Below, piece by piece: positions 60,532-64,000 of a stretch of 64,000 nt of DNA. Under the pieces are notes generated by a model that was given only the letters and a program-made list of their open reading frames with translations, ran no database searches and was not told where the DNA came from. The DNA lies in assembly GCA_963827165.1 (NCBI GenBank), contig CAWGZR010000009.1, positions 224,001 to 288,000 on the forward strand, read 5' to 3'. The first letter of the stretch is position 1. Each line of letters starts with the position of its first letter. The position numbers and the translations under genes were made by a program. The DNA comes from Candidatus Bathyarchaeota archaeon (GTDB lineage: Archaea; Thermoproteota; Bathyarchaeia; Bathyarchaeales; Bathycorpusculaceae).

Positions 60532-61437
60532 ATGGGTAATAGCATGACTGAGCCGCAGCCGCTTAAAGAGCCGTCTAAGGGGCAGCCCAAGGAGCAGGAT
60601 CGCTTCAAATTTGAAGTTGTTTACCTGATTCCGATACTAGCAAGCATAATATTCGGCCTAGCCTGCGCAAGCCTTCTTAAAACTCAGGCCCCAGCAACCA
60701 TACCCGTTACCCCTCTTCCCCAAAACACTGCTTCGGGCTCCTTCGGCAACGCGTTTTACTTCGTCATTTTGGTGGCGGTCGCGGCAACGATATTTTATCT
60801 GTTGCTCAAACGTAGAAGCCGAAGAATCATCAAAGGCTTAATCGTTGTCGCCATGACGACCGCGTCCCTCCTGCTATCTCTCGTCTACCTAGCTGCAGTC
60901 TTCTCTTATCTGCCAAGCAGCTATGGGATCTTATGGATTCCGCTATCCATAGCCATCACGGCAGCGTTTGACTACGCCGTTTTCCGCCTAGGCAGCATCG
61001 CTCGAAACGTCGCAGTCATCGGCATCGGCGGCGCACTTGGGATGTTCTTCGGTTTTGAAATCCAGCTATGGACAGCGGTGCTGATCCTAGTTTTCCTCGC
61101 GGTTTATGATATTTTCGCGGTTTATCGGGGTCCAGTCGGCAAAATTGCTCAGTCAGCCGGCGGGCTCGAGGACTTGCAGGGTTTAAGCTACGACTTCCGC
61201 GACATCCAAATGGGGCTGGGCGATTTGGTTTTCTACTCGATGCTGGTTGGAACCATGTTCTTCAGCTTCTCAAGCATATTGCCCTGCCTCGTTTCGTTAG
61301 TGGGCATAATAGCAGGCTCAATCGTCACGTTCTTCATTCTTGAACATAAAGGAATCTTTCCAGGTCTACCCTTCCCAATCATGCTCGGTTTAGCGGGCGG
61401 CTTAATTATGGGGCTCGTGATTCTGCCACTTCTTTAG
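60532..61437 (+). CDS. Presenilin/signal-peptide-peptidase-like GxGD intramembrane aspartyl protease
   Basis: LAVYDIFAV, MGLGDLVFYS and PGLP (PAL-like) motifs; about 9 TM helices. Confidence 0.9.
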   Translation: MGNSMTEPQPLKEPSKGQPKEQDRFKFEVVYLIPILASIIFGLACASLLKTQAPATIPVTPLPQNTASGSFGNAFYFVILVAVAATIFYLLLKRRSRRIIKGLIVVAMTTASLLLSLVYLAAVFSYLPSSYGILWIPLSIAITAAFDYAVFRLGSIARNVAVIGIGGALGMFFGFEIQLWTAVLILVFLAVYDIFAVYRGPVGKIAQSAGGLEDLQGLSYDFRDIQMGLGDLVFYSMLVGTMFFSFSSILPCLVSLVGIIAGSIVTFFILEHKGIFPGLPFPIMLGLAGGLIMGLVILPLL

Positions 61438-61464
61438 GGGATTCTCGATCACATGCTTTTCGCT

Positions 61465-61630
61465 TTGGCAGTTTTTTTGTTGTTTGTTTCTTGGGTTGCT
61501 TTCTTGGTTTAGGGCTTGAAATGTCTGCAGGTTGCGTCAATTAACGTCAACTAAAGTCAACTGTCGTCTGCAAAAGTCAACCATAGTCAATAGAAGTCTA
61601 CTAAAGTCAACTAACGTCAACAAAAGTCAA
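61465..61630 (-). repeat. Decamer-array + conserved-motif element, copy G
   Basis: Ten decamers, consensus CTAAAGTCAA (+ strand 61531-61630). Minus-strand motif CAACCTGCAGACATTTCAAGCCCTAAACCAAGAAAGCAACCCAAGAAACAAAC. Confidence 0.88.
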
Positions 61631-61724
61631 CAAGCGACCCCGTCACTCAACGTACGGTTCAAATATTGTAACGAAAATAAGCATCGAAGAAAAGCTGATT
61701 ATTGTCCGCGTCTTTTGCCTCATG

Positions 61725-61810
61725 CATCTCGTTGCGCTCTGGTGTCTTTTGGTTTGGAAATTGAGGCATTTTCAGGTTGGGTCCCTAATAGTCAATAATT
61801 AGTCAAAAAC
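61725..61810 (-). repeat. Decamer-array + conserved-motif element, degenerate copy H
   Basis: Minus strand: TTGACTAATTATTGACTATTAGGGACC CAACCTGAAAATGCCTCAATTTCCAAACCAAAAGAC. Confidence 0.6.
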
Positions 61811-62294
61811 GGCAAGAGGAAGCTCAATTAAGGTTAGTTAGCGTGCTTCCGTGTTTTTCTAGCGGGAATCTTTGCCGGTTTTGAAGTGAACTACCAATTC
61901 ATAAAATCTAATTAGTCAAAACTTCAAAATGACAATCATGTGCAATTTGCTAAATTACCAAACTCAAGATTTGGAAGAAAATGCTCAGCAAAGAAAAAAC
62001 AAAATCAAAAAAACCGATGCCGAAACACTAGAAATAATCGTTCCTGCCGCAATCTCGTTGTGCTGCAAATAAATCAAATGCTTCATTCAAAACCCGTAAA
62101 CAAGCAGGCAATGTTGACACAGAAAAACTTCAAGCCCCTCGAACTCCTGTAAAATCCCAAAATCGAAGAAAAAGGGCCGACTCACATAGCGATCAATCTG
62201 TCGAAGGAAAACGAGTCGGCAAAGATCAATTAGTGATGGTGGATGGTAAAAAATAAAATAGCATTGCCCGATCAAAACGCAAAGTCGGCGCAAA

Positions 62295-63500
62295 GTGCTT
62301 AGAGATGGGGGAATCAAAAGGACATACTCGCTATCCAATAGCAGATGCAATGAAAATTACAAACCAATCACCAGCCAAGCCAGTTTTGGGAGACGACGGT
62401 GTCTATCTGCAATTTTTGCCATATTTGTTGTGGTTACTGCAAGCTTCTGCGCTCTGCATGAGATGCCGCGAGAGACTTACGCTCAGCCGCCTGTATCGCC
62501 GCAAATCCAATTCCCTCCGGCAGCATCCATTCAGCTGAGCGTCCCCTTCTGTGACCAAGACAAATCCGTAAACAGTCATTATAATTTGGCGGGTATATGC
62601 TGGGATACATCGGCAGAAATGATTCTTAATTACTGGCACAACCAGGGATATTTAGCATCTGTTCCATCGCAAACTGAAATATATTCAGACACAATGTCAA
62701 ACAGCTCAGACGGCAACCTAAACAACGCCTTAGCATCTTTAGGCTTCTACTCTGCAGGGTTCTACCCAATGCAGACGTTTTATGCAAGCTACAGCAATTA
62801 TCAGCAAACAAACAACGCGAACAACGCAAGCCAAATGATATACACTGCACAGGTCGCTTTGTCGTTGGGTGTGCCCCTTGAAGCCTCCGTGGAAACCCAG
62901 CCTTACCCGCAAGCAAATTCGAGCACCGGCGGAATCCTTTGCGATTCCAGAGGACAAGACCACGCAATAGTCATAACAGGCTACAATCAAACAGGCTTTA
63001 TATTCAACTCTGCAACAAACGAGCAATCCAATCCCCAATTTGTAAGTGACAACAGTCTGAATACCTATGTGCAAGATGGACGAGTGGTCAACGGTTATCG
63101 GCTCTATTGCCAATACTCAGAGTTCATAAACGCCTTCAGCAACGAATCATGGAGCTTCACAGCCATATTCCCCTTAAATTATGCGCCAGTAATGCGGCAG
63201 CAAATCGTACACCTCGTCGATGAAAACAATCAGCCAATATCAGGAATGTTGGTGTCGTCGCCATTGAGCACAGCGAGAACCGACTCAGACGGGTATGCCA
63301 CACTAACAATTACATATTTGGGGACACCCATAACGCTCGGTTATAACATGCAAACTAACGCATACGATAACTTCTGCGGACATTATTACGACACTCGACA
63401 GGTCGGCCATTGCTCCAGCGGAGACTACGGCATTTACATGCTTTACCCGACAACGGCAAATTGGCAAGCGACGACAAACAGAAAGATACAATACACTTAG
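62295..63500 (+). CDS. Secreted papain-fold / C39-like cysteine peptidase domain protein (start uncertain)
   Basis: TM/signal segment; L.VPF.DQ....GICW.TS.EMILNYW; DHAIVITGYN...F.FN. Confidence 0.72.
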   Translation: MLRDGGIKRTYSLSNSRCNENYKPITSQASFGRRRCLSAIFAIFVVVTASFCALHEMPRETYAQPPVSPQIQFPPAASIQLSVPFCDQDKSVNSHYNLAGICWDTSAEMILNYWHNQGYLASVPSQTEIYSDTMSNSSDGNLNNALASLGFYSAGFYPMQTFYASYSNYQQTNNANNASQMIYTAQVALSLGVPLEASVETQPYPQANSSTGGILCDSRGQDHAIVITGYNQTGFIFNSATNEQSNPQFVSDNSLNTYVQDGRVVNGYRLYCQYSEFINAFSNESWSFTAIFPLNYAPVMRQQIVHLVDENNQPISGMLVSSPLSTARTDSDGYATLTITYLGTPITLGYNMQTNAYDNFCGHYYDTRQVGHCSSGDYGIYMLYPTTANWQATTNRKIQYT

Positions 63501-63633
63501 CCGACCCGTGACGTGCTTTCAGGCGAAAGGTTTTTGAAAAAACTTCGGTAAGGGAAAGCGAATGCTTTTTGCTTTTGGTGAAAGATTAAAAAGGTTAAGA
63601 TGACTCTGGCTTATGGAGTGCGGTGTCTCAAAA

Positions 63634-64000
63634 TTGGATAAGTCGATAGTGGCAATTGTTAAGGGGGAACGGGGGCATGAACCCGTTTGGAAAGCCTTAG
63701 AATTAATTGATTACAAATCAGCCCTGGCTGGTTACAAGCGGGCTCTGATAAAAGTCAACTTCATAAATACCCAAACATGGGACAGCGGAGCAACAACCGA
63801 TCCAATCGTTGTTGAAGCCATAATCCTGAGGCTCAAAGAACTGGGCGTTGAACCCATAGTTGTTGAGTCAGACGCCACAATGACCAACGCTGACGAAGCT
63901 TACGAAGCCACAGGCATGAAGGAAATGGTTGAACGAAACGGCGTCAAATTCATCAATTTGCGTAATGAGAAAGACAAAGTCAAAATCCCCGTTCCCGACT
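63634..64000 (+). CDS. DUF362-like protein (runs off window end)
   Basis: Manual translation MDKSIVAIVK...ALIKVNF...GATTDPIVVEAII..L...G.....VESD...FINL. Confidence 0.8.
   Translation, partial: MDKSIVAIVKGERGHEPVWKALELIDYKSALAGYKRALIKVNFINTQTWDSGATTDPIVVEAIILRLKELGVEPIVVESDATMTNADEAYEATGMKEMVERNGVKFINLRNEKDKVKIPVPD

Noticed and set aside
1-64000. tRNA/rRNA genes, integrase or IS elements
   Set aside because: No T-loop/cloverleaf, rRNA-like segment or recombinase/transposase motif was seen by eye; a covariance-model scan would be needed to exclude small RNAs.

Overview
Archaeal chromosomal window, most consistent with Bathyarchaeia. This is an inference from archaeal-type tiaS, tgtA, endA, Lsm and PAC2, a PQQ-like beta-propeller surface protein, PEF-CTERM proteins, DUF5752 and stand-alone Lrp/AsnC domains. 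Most of the window is housekeeping: pyrG, tiaS, alaS, grpE-dnaK-dnaJ, asnS, hisS, mtnA, glmM-glmU and tgtA. No rRNA, tRNA, CRISPR array or transposase was recognised. Two things stand out. (1) A dispersed intergenic element occurs in at least 8 copies at 4 loci, on both strands. Each copy is a strictly 10-bp-periodic tandem array whose decamer differs between copies, followed immediately by a conserved ~48-bp CAA-rich motif, gap-free in the seven best copies. (2) A five-gene ATP-dependent low-potential reductase operon pairs a double-cubane-cluster-like protein with a BzdP/BzdQ-like heterodimeric activase, a ferredoxin and a membrane polyferredoxin. Also seen: a NikR-type operator, an aRF1 paralogue with GGS instead of GGQ, an unannotated C2H2 microprotein, candidate non-AUG starts, and several single-base frameshifts that may be assembly errors. 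All family assignments come from motif recognition by eye, not database searches.
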